From Alphaproteobacteria bacterium (GTDB taxonomy: Bacteria; Pseudomonadota; Alphaproteobacteria; UBA7879; UBA5542), in assembly GCA_037146715.1 (NCBI GenBank), contig JBAWWO010000002.1, positions 81,417 through 145,416 of the forward strand: a DNA stretch of 64,000 nt, written 5' to 3'. Positions 10,935-18,980 of the stretch are shown one piece after another. Position 1 is the first letter of the stretch, and every line of letters begins with the position of its first letter. The translations under genes and the position numbers were made by a program. Below the pieces are notes generated by a model, which worked only from the letters and a program-made list of their open reading frames with translations, made no database searches and was not told the DNA's origin.

Positions 10935-11342
10935 CTACTCTAGATCTGGGGTTACTTGCTGAACAGCCGCAACCTTTACAGGGCGAACAGTCTTCTTTTC
11001 TGCGATCCGCGCACTCTTTCCTTTACGATCTCTTAGATAGTAAAGCTTAGCACGACGCACATCACCGCGACGAACGACAGTGATTGTGATGCGCGGAGAA
11101 TACAAGGGGAACACACGCTCAACCCCTTCTCCATAAGAAATTTTACGAACGGTAAAAGACGAGTGCAATCCCGCATTCTTTCGGGCAATACAAACACCTT
11201 CATAAGCCTGAATACGTTCACGATCCCCTTCAACCACTTTCACGTCAACACGCAAACTATCGCCGGCAACAAAGGCTGGAATAGTTTTATTTTCCGTTAA
11301 GCGCTTAACTTGCTCTTGTTCAATCTGTTGTAAAATATTCAT
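10935..11342 (-). CDS. rplS: 50S ribosomal protein L19
   Basis: The [11 protein letters not shown] start is typical of L19. The rest matches L19, with a short C-terminal extension. Confidence 0.95.
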   Translation of the reverse strand: MNILQQIEQEQVKRLTENKTIPAFVAGDSLRVDVKVVEGDRERIQAYEGVCIARKNAGLHSSFTVRKISYGEGVERVFPLYSPRITITVVRRGDVRRAKLYYLRDRKGKSARIAEKKTVRPVKVAAVQQVTPDLE

Positions 11343-11358
11343 AACAAAACCTAACTTT

Positions 11359-12072
11359 TTATTTTTCAAACTTTCTACGCACGTATTCGGCCCATAAATC
11401 TGGGCGACGCTTCTGGGTTAACCGCTGTGATTCACGCAATTTCCATTTCTGGATTTGCTCGTGGTGGCCCGAAAGCAATACACTGGGAACTTCTAACCCT
11501 TCCCAAACCTGGGGCTTTGTATAATGGGGGTATTCCAAAAGTCCCTGTTCGAAGCTTTCTTCAAGCAAAGACCCCTGATCACCCATCACCCCGGGCAACA
11601 GGCGCACGCAAGCATCAATCAACGCAAGGGCGCCTAACTCTCCACCAGACAAGACAAAATCACCCAGACTTACTTCCTGGATCCGTCTCTTCTGAAGAAG
11701 TCTTTCATCAATACCCTCATATCTTCCACAAATCAAGTGAATTTTTGAACCCTTTATCCAATTTTTGACCATAGCCTGATTTAAGGGCTTTCCCCGGGGG
11801 CTTAAATAGATCAGCGGAACATCAGAATCCCGGGGCACAGACTGCAAGGCCTGGTCTAAAATATCGGCCCGAATAACCATGCCTGCGCCGCCGCCAAATG
11901 GGGTGTCATCAACGGATTTATAGTTGTCTCTGGCGAAATCTCGAATATTAACGGTTGTTAAATCCCAAATTTTTTTCTCAAGGGCCCGTCCCGTCAAAGA
12001 AAATCCTAAGGGACCGGGGAACATATCAGGAAACAGGGTGAAAACTGTCGCATGCCAAACAGGGGCTGTCAT
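11359..12072 (-). CDS. trmD: tRNA (guanine37-N1)-methyltransferase
   Basis: FTLFPDMF...PFGGGAGMV...[13 protein letters not shown]...[11 protein letters not shown] motifs. Confidence 0.95.
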   Translation of the reverse strand: MTAPVWHATVFTLFPDMFPGPLGFSLTGRALEKKIWDLTTVNIRDFARDNYKSVDDTPFGGGAGMVIRADILDQALQSVPRDSDVPLIYLSPRGKPLNQAMVKNWIKGSKIHLICGRYEGIDERLLQKRRIQEVSLGDFVLSGGELGALALIDACVRLLPGVMGDQGSLLEESFEQGLLEYPHYTKPQVWEGLEVPSVLLSGHHEQIQKWKLRESQRLTQKRRPDLWAEYVRRKFEK

Positions 12073-12602
12073 TTAGGCTCTTCCTTTAACTGATCTGCGA
12101 AAGAATCTTCCACCTGCAAAAAGCCCTGTTTCAACTCAACCACAGGAACAAAATCATCTTTAAAAGGCACAAAAACCGTTTCACCAGGGTGTATAGATTG
12201 GACTTCCAGCAAAGGCCCTGCGCCAAAATGCTGGACACTCACAACCATTCCCAGGGATTCACCGGCAAGAGACTGAACGGAAAGCCCCACAAGATCGGCC
12301 TCATAAAAAGTCTGGTCGTCCAAGGATGGTAGCTCAGAATGATCAATGAAAAGTTCAGTGTTTTTAAGCTGTTCAACGGCTGTACGGTCCGTAACGCCTT
12401 GAATGTTAATAATCGCAACTTCCTTTTTCAGGTAAGAAATTTTTATTTTGGGAAAAGGGGTTCCGTCTTTTTTTTGTAAAGTTTTAAACTGATCTAAGTC
12501 TTTTGGATTTTTAAGGAAGCACTTCACGCGGGCTTGTCCCTTAATACCCTGAGGCGCCACAATCAAACCAACAAGTACTTTTTTATCAGGAGTCCAAGTC
12601 AT
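12069..12602 (-). CDS. rimM: 16S rRNA processing protein RimM
   Basis: GLIVAPQGIKGQARVK N-terminus. Lies between rpsP and trmD and overlaps trmD by 4 nt. Confidence 0.9.
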   Translation of the reverse strand: MTWTPDKKVLVGLIVAPQGIKGQARVKCFLKNPKDLDQFKTLQKKDGTPFPKIKISYLKKEVAIINIQGVTDRTAVEQLKNTELFIDHSELPSLDDQTFYEADLVGLSVQSLAGESLGMVVSVQHFGAGPLLEVQSIHPGETVFVPFKDDFVPVVELKQGFLQVEDSFADQLKEEPK

Positions 12603-12611
12603 AGAAGTATC

Positions 12612-12790
12612 CTTTATTGCATCCCTCGGGCTTGACCCAAGGACTCACGCCTTACTTTCAACACTGGCCGCTCTAACGGGGGTGCGTTCCGCACCCGAGG
12701 GAATCCATTGGAGGCAGGTTTTCCACGTCCTTGCAAGAAGGGCATAGCCTAACGAAGCAATCCAGCTTCCTTTCGTGACCTCGTAAAACC
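12612..12790. repeat. mosaic palindromic repeat element filling the rpsP-rimM intergenic region
   Basis: CCTCGGGCTTGACCCAAGG...CGCCTTACTTT...CTAACGGGGGTGCGTTCCGCACCCGAGGGAATCC aligns with 18460-18555 and with the reverse complement of 48111-48185. GCAATCCAGC lies at 12757-12766. Confidence 0.75.
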
Positions 12791-13372
12791 CTATTCTTTA
12801 TTTTCTTCTTCAGCTGGAGTTTCAACTGATTCAGGTGTTGTCTCTTCTGGGACAACGCTTTCTTCAGCCGGCACTTCTTCTGAAGCACTTTCTTCAACAG
12901 TTTCAGCTTCAACAGAAGCTTCTTCTGGTGCAATCTCTTCTGCTACAGATTCTTCAACAACTGGTTCTGCAGCTGCTTGAGCTGCAGCAGCGGCTTCCGC
13001 TTCAGCAGCATCTTTAGCCGCCTGTTCAGCAGCAGCTTTTCTATCGATATCAGCTTGAACACGTTCCATAGCTTTGCGCTTTGGTTTGTTCTTTTTTGTT
13101 TGTGGTGTCAAAGGCTTCTTTTCCAAAATTCCGGCATTTGCCAAAAACAAGTGAATGCGGTCAGATACTTGCGCGCCTACAGAAAGCCAATGCTTAACAC
13201 GATCTAGCTTCAAAACAACGCGACTAGGGTTTTCTCTGTCCAAGAAAGGATCATGGGAACCCAAGCGTTCGATGTACTTGCCATCACGCGGGTTGCGCTC
13301 GTCCGTCACAACGATGTGATAATAGGGACGCTTTTTTGCCCCTGCGCGAGCCATTCTAATTTTTAGTGCCAT
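12791..13372 (-). CDS. rpsP: 30S ribosomal protein S16 with long acidic Ala/Glu-rich C-terminal extension
   Basis: MALKIRMARAGAKKRPYYHIVV N-terminus. 193 aa, of which roughly the last 100 are low-complexity A/E/V/P. Confidence 0.93.
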   Translation of the reverse strand: MALKIRMARAGAKKRPYYHIVVTDERNPRDGKYIERLGSHDPFLDRENPSRVVLKLDRVKHWLSVGAQVSDRIHLFLANAGILEKKPLTPQTKKNKPKRKAMERVQADIDRKAAAEQAAKDAAEAEAAAAAQAAAEPVVEESVAEEIAPEEASVEAETVEESASEEVPAEESVVPEETTPESVETPAEEENKE

Positions 13373-13386
13373 TTTCTTTTCCTTCT

Positions 13387-14733
13387 TTAGTTAAATAAAT
13401 TCTTTAAACCACTTTGCAAAAATCCCTTTTTGCTCATCTTCTGAACCCTTTTCATCATCTGTAAGGTTCCTTCAAACTGTTTCAAAAGCCGATTCACTTC
13501 TTGCACCGTGGTGCCTGATCCTAAAGCAATTCGCCTTCTCCGAGACCCATTTAAAACCTTATAAAAGCGTCTCTCTTTCGGAGTCATAGATTGGATAATA
13601 GCAATCTGTTTTTTCAGAATTCTATCGTCCACTTGCTGTGACGCCATCTTTTCTTTCAGTCCTCCCATACCGGGAAGCATGTTCAAAAAGCCAGACATTC
13701 CGCCCATCTTCATCATTTGTTGCAGCTGGGCAGCCATATCGTTCAGGTCAAAAGACCCTTTTTCGATCTTCCTGTTTAGCCTTTCTGATTCATCTTTGTC
13801 AATAGTTTCTATTGCTTTTTCTACTAAAGAAACAATATCCCCTTGATCCAAGATGCGTCCAGCCACCCGATCCGGGTGAAAAACTTCAAGGGCATCAACC
13901 TTTTCGCCCACCCCCATGAACTTAATAGAACACCCAGTTACCTGCCGAATGGAAAGAGCCGCCCCACCCCGGGCGTCTCCATCCAACCGGGTCAGAATAA
14001 TACCTGTAAGACTTAATTGGTCTTGAAAGGCTTTTCCAATATTAGCCGCATCTTGCCCCGTCATGGCATCCACCACCAGCAGGGTTTCAATGGGCTTCAC
14101 ATGGCGTTTAACCTGAACAAGCTCGTCCATCAGAGCTTCATCAATGTGCAAACGCCCCGCCGTATCCAGAATCAACACATCATAAGCTTCCAAGCGCGCG
14201 GCCTTGAGGGCCCGTTCCGCGATATCCAGAGGCCCCTGCCCTTTTATAATAGGCAGGCTATGGCCATCAATCGTATGGGCCAACACCTCTAATTGTTCCT
14301 GAGCCGCCGGACGATAAACGTCTAAGGACGCCATCAAAACTTTTTTCTTCAGCTTGTCTTTTATATATTTAGCCAGCTTGGCTGAGGAGGTTGTTTTACC
14401 AGACCCCTGCAACCCCACCATCATAATGATCGCTGGCGGCGTGGTGGCCAAGTTCAGCTCTGTCGTTTCAGAACCCAGAACCTCAACCAATTCATCATGC
14501 ACAATTTTGGTGACAAGGTGGGCAGGCGACACACTTTCCACCACCTTTTGCCCAATGGCTTTTTCCTTAACTTTTTCAATAAAATTTTTAACAACGGGCA
14601 AAGCCACGTCGGCTTCTAGCAAAGCAATCCTGATTTCCCGCAGGGCTGTGGTCACATCTTGTTCCGTTAGGGCTCCCTGCCGGCCCAGCCCCTTAAGAAC
14701 GTTGGTGAGTTTTTCTGATAGACTTTGGAACAT
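13387..14733 (-). CDS. ffh: signal recognition particle protein Ffh
   Basis: GLQGSGKTT, DTAGR and LTRLDGDARGGAAL GTPase motifs, plus a Met-rich M domain. Confidence 0.97.
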   Translation of the reverse strand: MFQSLSEKLTNVLKGLGRQGALTEQDVTTALREIRIALLEADVALPVVKNFIEKVKEKAIGQKVVESVSPAHLVTKIVHDELVEVLGSETTELNLATTPPAIIMMVGLQGSGKTTSSAKLAKYIKDKLKKKVLMASLDVYRPAAQEQLEVLAHTIDGHSLPIIKGQGPLDIAERALKAARLEAYDVLILDTAGRLHIDEALMDELVQVKRHVKPIETLLVVDAMTGQDAANIGKAFQDQLSLTGIILTRLDGDARGGAALSIRQVTGCSIKFMGVGEKVDALEVFHPDRVAGRILDQGDIVSLVEKAIETIDKDESERLNRKIEKGSFDLNDMAAQLQQMMKMGGMSGFLNMLPGMGGLKEKMASQQVDDRILKKQIAIIQSMTPKERRFYKVLNGSRRRRIALGSGTTVQEVNRLLKQFEGTLQMMKRVQKMSKKGFLQSGLKNLFN

Positions 14734-14924
14734 TATTCTTGAACTTCTTTCACGCAGCCATCAGTGAATTGAACCGTCTGTTCAATAGGAGATTCATAAC
14801 ATAAAGATTTAAGCCCTGATCCCTTATGACTGCCATCACAGAAAGGATAGTTGGCGCTTTTCTCACAGGTGCAGAAAAAATATTTTTTTCCGGCCTCAAT
14901 TTTTACAATAGATTCTAATTTCAT
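14733..14924 (-). CDS. CDGSH iron-sulfur domain protein
   Basis: Contains CTCEKSANYPFCDGSH, which fits C-x-C-x2-S-x3-P-x-C-D-G-S-H. Its TAA stop overlaps the ffh ATG (TAATG). The start is taken at MKLESIV. Confidence 0.75.
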   Translation of the reverse strand: MKLESIVKIEAGKKYFFCTCEKSANYPFCDGSHKGSGLKSLCYESPIEQTVQFTDGCVKEVQE

Positions 14925-14974
14925 GATTATGAAACATACTCTATAGTCATCCCATGATTCAACATTTTTGTGAA
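14912..14974 (+). repeat. left copy of a 63-bp direct repeat (promoter region plus first 7 codons, MIQHFCE)
   Basis: 62 of 63 nt are identical to 16044-16106 by manual alignment. Confidence 0.9.
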
Positions 14975-14986
14975 AAAGCAAATATC

Positions 14987-15958
14987 ATGATAAAAACAAA
15001 ATCTAGTTTAGTTGTATACCAATCTAAGAATGGCGCTTTAGAGTTAAAAACAGACTCTCAATATAATACGATTTGGTTAACTCAAGAGCAACTTGCGTCT
15101 TTATTTGACGTGCAGCGTCAGGCGATTTCAAAGCATCTAGGAAATATTTTTTCTTCAGGAGAACTAAACGAAAATTCAGTGTGTTCCAAAATGGAACATA
15201 CTGCCAAAGATGGAAAAACATATAAAGTAAACCACTACAATCTTGATGCAGCACTTAGTGTTGGGTATCGGGTGAATTCAAAAAGCGCTACACATTTTCG
15301 CCAATGGGCGACCAAAACCCTAAGAAACCATATTGTTGAAGGATATACTATCAACCGCGATCGTATCAAAGAAAATTATGAACAATTCATGAAAGCAATC
15401 GCAGATGTTAAAAGTTTGCTCCCTTCTGCTTCACCTGTTGATAATGTGAGTATTTTAGAGCTTATTAGTCTGTTTGCTGATACCTGGATATCATTAGATG
15501 CCTATGATAGAGATCAACTTTCTATAACAGGAATCACTAAGAAAAAAGTTTCATTAACATCTGATAAACTTGATAAGGCTTTGCAAAAACTAAAGTATGC
15601 TTTGGTTCAAAAAGGTGAAGCGACAGAATTGTTTGGTGCCGAACGAACAAAGAATTCTATCGAAGGAATAGTTGGCAATGTAATGCAGAGCGTTGGAGAT
15701 CAAGATGTGTATCCTAGCATAGAAGAAAAAGCAGCACATCTGCTCTACTTCATTGTTAAAAATCACCCATTCTTGGATGGAAATAAAAGATCTGGAGCCT
15801 ATGCATTTATATGGTTCTTACAACAAGCTAAGGTTTTAGATAGATCTCGCATAACGCCCCCAGCGCTCACTGCCTTAACTTTATTGATCGCACAAAGTGA
15901 TGCCAAGGATAAAAATAAAATGGTTGCATTGGTGTGCACTACCCTATCAAAAAAGTAG
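14987..15958 (+). CDS. RhuM-family N-terminal domain fused to a Doc-type Fic domain (death-on-curing-like toxin)
   Basis: The N-terminal part (VVYQSKNGALELK...IWLTQEQLASLFDV.RQAISKHL...GYRVNS..ATHFRQWAT) is RhuM-like. The C-terminal HPFLDGNKR (15764-15790) is the Doc variant of the Fic motif. An upstream in-frame ATG at 14954 lies in the duplicated esterase 5-prime end. Confidence 0.85.
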   Translation: MIKTKSSLVVYQSKNGALELKTDSQYNTIWLTQEQLASLFDVQRQAISKHLGNIFSSGELNENSVCSKMEHTAKDGKTYKVNHYNLDAALSVGYRVNSKSATHFRQWATKTLRNHIVEGYTINRDRIKENYEQFMKAIADVKSLLPSASPVDNVSILELISLFADTWISLDAYDRDQLSITGITKKKVSLTSDKLDKALQKLKYALVQKGEATELFGAERTKNSIEGIVGNVMQSVGDQDVYPSIEEKAAHLLYFIVKNHPFLDGNKRSGAYAFIWFLQQAKVLDRSRITPPALTALTLLIAQSDAKDKNKMVALVCTTLSKK

Positions 15959-16000
15959 CGTAAATTTCCCGCCCATATTTGGTTATACAAGAGGTCTACT

Positions 16001-16056
16001 GTTGGTAAGTTTTTCTGATATACTTTGAAACATTATTCATAATATTCTGATTTCAT
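16001..16056 (-). pseudogene. relic of the ffh 5-prime end (11 codons, MFQSISEKLTN) plus a collapsed 7-codon remnant of the CDGSH gene
   Basis: 16001-16038 matches 14701-14738 with 4 or 5 mismatches by my manual count. 16033-16056 reads ATG AAA TCA GAA TAT TAT GAA TAA, which keeps the start and the ...E-stop/TAATG junction of the intact CDGSH gene. Confidence 0.8.
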
Positions 16057-16106
16057 GATTATGAAACATACTCTATAGTCATCCCATGATTCAACATTTT
16101 TGTGAA
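16044..16106 (+). repeat. right copy of the 63-bp direct repeat
   Basis: See 14912-14974. Confidence 0.9.
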
Positions 16107-16715
16107 GTTGCCAGTAAGGGCCCTGTAAAACACCTGGTTTTTATTCTGCATGGCTATGGGGCCAGCGCGGAAAATATTATGGGACTTGGGGAGTATTGGA
16201 AATCGTTCGTTCCCACCACCCTGTTCATTGCCCCTAATGCGCCTGAGTTTGTAGCCTCCGTCTATGGCTTTCAGTGGTTTCCTATTGGAAATTTAGAAGA
16301 GTCTTTGTTAACCGCCGGCTGTAAAAAAGCGGCTCCAAGTTTGGCCACTTTTATAAAACAGATGCAGGAAAAGCATCAAGTTTCTTGGCAGAATACTTGT
16401 ATCGTTGGATTTTCCCAAGGGGCCATGTTGGTCTTATATACAGCCCTTACCCAGCCCCATCTATGCAGCAAAGTCATTGGCTATTCGGGGGGAGTCCCCA
16501 TGGATCCGAAAGACATTACAAGCTCACCCAAGGACTTAGACATTCTATTGGTTCATGGAGCGCAAGATGATGTAGTTCCTGCAACGGCTTCAAAAGACGC
16601 GAATATAATGTTAAAAACCGCCGGGTTCCCCGTATCTCTGCATCTACTTCCCCATCTAGACCATTCAATTGATGAGCGAGGTCTAAAATTGGGGCAAGAG
16701 TTTTTTGGAAGATAA
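16086..16715 (+). CDS. phospholipase/carboxylesterase-family alpha/beta hydrolase
   Basis: LVFILHGYGASAEN, nucleophile elbow GFSQGAM, and HGAQDDVVP followed by a C-terminal His. Confidence 0.85.
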   Translation: MIQHFCEVASKGPVKHLVFILHGYGASAENIMGLGEYWKSFVPTTLFIAPNAPEFVASVYGFQWFPIGNLEESLLTAGCKKAAPSLATFIKQMQEKHQVSWQNTCIVGFSQGAMLVLYTALTQPHLCSKVIGYSGGVPMDPKDITSSPKDLDILLVHGAQDDVVPATASKDANIMLKTAGFPVSLHLLPHLDHSIDERGLKLGQEFFGR

Positions 16716-16792
16716 CTACCGCCACCCTCAAGCCTCATAGGGGCGAAGGGTCTATCTCTGCGCCCCCAGCACTCGGATCACAAGAAAAAATT

Positions 16793-17434
16793 ATGTATAT
16801 TATAGGTGAGGCTGAAAAGTCTCAGTATCCAGAAGCCTCCATTACAGATACGATGATCCATCGTTGGATGGGTATAGCAACTGTAGCCATTAATGCAAAT
16901 GCGTGTGGAGCAAGTAAAATTCTTGTCACATCAGGTGCTAGGATACACTGGGAGACGGATTATGACTTGCTTTTTTCAGCTCAAGAAATTCAAATCGATG
17001 GAAGTATTTATCATCAGAATGGACTAAGTTCTTTAAGATTTCTGCTAACTTCGGGCCCTAAGTGGAGCACGGGAACTAAAGCAAAAATTGGCCAACATGC
17101 GCGCATAGACTTTGGCTCAGGAGACTATGGTCCAGGAAGCAAAAGATTTTTTCACATAATATCTAAAGATGGGGCACCCCCCACCATTGAAGAGGGTGCA
17201 ATTTTGAAGGATAACAAAATTGATGAACATGAGATGAAGTATGATTTTCCTTTGCTTTCTTTGACGGCCGACCCCAAAGATCCTGTTATACAGACTATGC
17301 TGCGTAATACCGGCGATATAGATAGCACTACCCCATTCAGTATAACGAAAACCTATTATAACAGCTGGGCTGAATCACTTAAACCTGTAGACACTGAGAA
17401 ATCCTCTAGTTGCAACTTCGGCTGCCCCGTTTAG
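16793..17434 (+). CDS. hypothetical protein
   Basis: 213-aa ORF with no signal peptide, no obvious Shine-Dalgarno and no motif recognised. Confidence 0.4.
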   Translation: MYIIGEAEKSQYPEASITDTMIHRWMGIATVAINANACGASKILVTSGARIHWETDYDLLFSAQEIQIDGSIYHQNGLSSLRFLLTSGPKWSTGTKAKIGQHARIDFGSGDYGPGSKRFFHIISKDGAPPTIEEGAILKDNKIDEHEMKYDFPLLSLTADPKDPVIQTMLRNTGDIDSTTPFSITKTYYNSWAESLKPVDTEKSSSCNFGCPV

Positions 17435-17513
17435 TGTTTAGTTCGCAATAGGGTGTCTTGCCACGCTCATCAGAAACAGTAGACTTCTATTCCGGCTGTG
17501 CTAGAATGAAAAC

Positions 17514-18338
17514 ATGCACAAAAAACCATACGTCATTGTTTTAGGGAATGAGAAGGGGGGAACGGGCAAGTCCACCACGGCCATGCACGTTGTTGCCTCT
17601 CTTTTACACATGGGTTTTAAGGTCGCCAGTATTGATATTGACGCCCGCCAGGGAACCCTTAGCCGCTATTTTGATAATCGTCGCAACTATATTGATCGCA
17701 CCAAAATCAAGCTGCCCATTTCTGAGCATTTTCGCCTGACCCGCTCTGATGATGATTCCAGCAAAAAAGCGCATGAGGAAGACAAAGTCAAATTCGAAGA
17801 TCTTATGAGCTCTTTAAAGGATTATGATTTTATCGTTATAGACACCCCTGGGCACGACCTGTATTTGTCGCGCCTGGCGCACTCGTATGCGGATACGTTG
17901 ATCACCCCTTTAAATGACAGTTTTGTTGATTTAGACGTTTTGGTTCAACTGAATTCTGAATCTATGAGCATGGAAAAGCCCAGCATTTATGCAGATTGGG
18001 TATGGGAACAGAAAAAGCATCGGGCTGTGCGAGACCGAGGAAGTATTGACTGGATTGTTCTGCGAAATCGCTTATCCTCAATCAATGCTCACAATAAACA
18101 AAGAATGGAAACTGTTTTATCTACCCTTTCAAAAAGGCTGGCCTTCCGCACCACCAAGGGTTTCAGCGAGCGCGTGATCTTCCGTGAATTGTTTTTGCAG
18201 GGGTTAACCCTTTTGGATTTAAAAGCCGTGGGAATGCCGATGCAGATTTCCCACGTGGCCGCCCGTCATGAACTGCGGGATCTGATGAGCTTCCTAAATC
18301 TTCCCACCATCGAAAACCGCGTCGCAGAAAAGTTTTAG
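17514..18338 (+). CDS. mipZ: division-plane positioning ATPase MipZ (ParA superfamily)
   Basis: VLGNEKGGTGKST deviant Walker A, IDIDARQGTLSRYFDNRR, IDTPG and WIVLRNRL align along the full length with Caulobacter MipZ as I remember it. Confidence 0.85.
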   Translation: MHKKPYVIVLGNEKGGTGKSTTAMHVVASLLHMGFKVASIDIDARQGTLSRYFDNRRNYIDRTKIKLPISEHFRLTRSDDDSSKKAHEEDKVKFEDLMSSLKDYDFIVIDTPGHDLYLSRLAHSYADTLITPLNDSFVDLDVLVQLNSESMSMEKPSIYADWVWEQKKHRAVRDRGSIDWIVLRNRLSSINAHNKQRMETVLSTLSKRLAFRTTKGFSERVIFRELFLQGLTLLDLKAVGMPMQISHVAARHELRDLMSFLNLPTIENRVAEKF

Positions 18339-18612
18339 CGAAGAAAACTGGATTGCCACGCCCATCATTCTTCAGCCCTCTCTTATTGCTTTCTTCAGGC
18401 TCTCTTTTTTTGAATTCCTCATCCCCCCTTGCTTTCCTCGGGCTCTCTTTTTTTGCTTTCCTCGGGCTTGACCCGAGGACCCACGCCTTACTTTTTCTGA
18501 CAACCTAACGGGCCTGCGTTCCGCACCCTTAGACCCTCGGGTCAAGCCCGAGGGAATCCAATTGGGGTGAGTCCGGCTCTCGTCATCCAGAGGAAGCAAT
18601 CCAGCTTTCTTT
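18339..18612. repeat. largest mosaic palindromic repeat array in the window
   Basis: Perfect hairpin CCTCGGG-CTTGA-CCCGAGG lies at 18460-18478. 18460-18528 matches the reverse complement of 48117-48185 with 3 mismatches over 69 nt. A second copy of the hairpin (CCTCGGGTCAAGCCCGAGG) lies at 18534-18552. GCAATCCAGC is at 18596-18605. Confidence 0.8.
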
Positions 18613-18807
18613 TTACTGCAAAGTTTCACGCGGCGGACGCAAATAAGTATAGCGCACCTCCGCGTGAAGAAAACGAATGTCTCTTAATGTATTGAGAATG
18701 CCATCCTCCATTTGCTTTTGATGATCCAATAGATCAATCAAACGCTTATAGTGTGCATCAAGGCTCTTTAAAGTATAGAGAAAATCGTTTAGATTGTGAT
18801 CAGTCAT
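18613..18807 (-). CDS. small hypothetical protein (64 aa)
   Basis: GGAGG lies 6 nt upstream of the ATG. Predicted helical. The stop abuts the repeat array. Confidence 0.45.
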   Translation of the reverse strand: MTDHNLNDFLYTLKSLDAHYKRLIDLLDHQKQMEDGILNTLRDIRFLHAEVRYTYLRPPRETLQ

Positions 18808-18980
18808 GTAGACCTCCGTTTTAGGTTTATACGATTAGTGGGGTTCTATGTGTTGCAATCACAGGAACTCCACGCTTACTTTTTTTATTATTTGAATTTG
18901 AAGTCGCTTCAAACTCTTTTTCTGAATATTAGCTTTTTTGGAAAAAAAGGCAAGGGGAAAAGATACATCCCCCCTCAGAC

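Noticed and set aside
12673-12933. 86-aa ORF spanning the rpsP tail and the repeat element
   Set aside because: It is out of frame over the low-complexity rpsP 3-prime region and runs into the palindromic repeat. It has no start context, so it is spurious.
18339-18612. Possible CRISPR array, because of the repeated CCTCGGG...CCCGAGG hairpins
   Set aside because: There are only two hairpin copies per locus, irregular spacing, no unique spacers of constant length and no cas genes. The same modules are dispersed singly elsewhere, so the pattern is REP/RPE-like and not CRISPR.
18372-18629. 85-aa Arg/Lys/Gly-rich ORF
   Set aside because: It lies wholly within the mosaic repeat array. The same kind of sequence at other loci is not in a conserved frame, so it is an artefact of the repeats.
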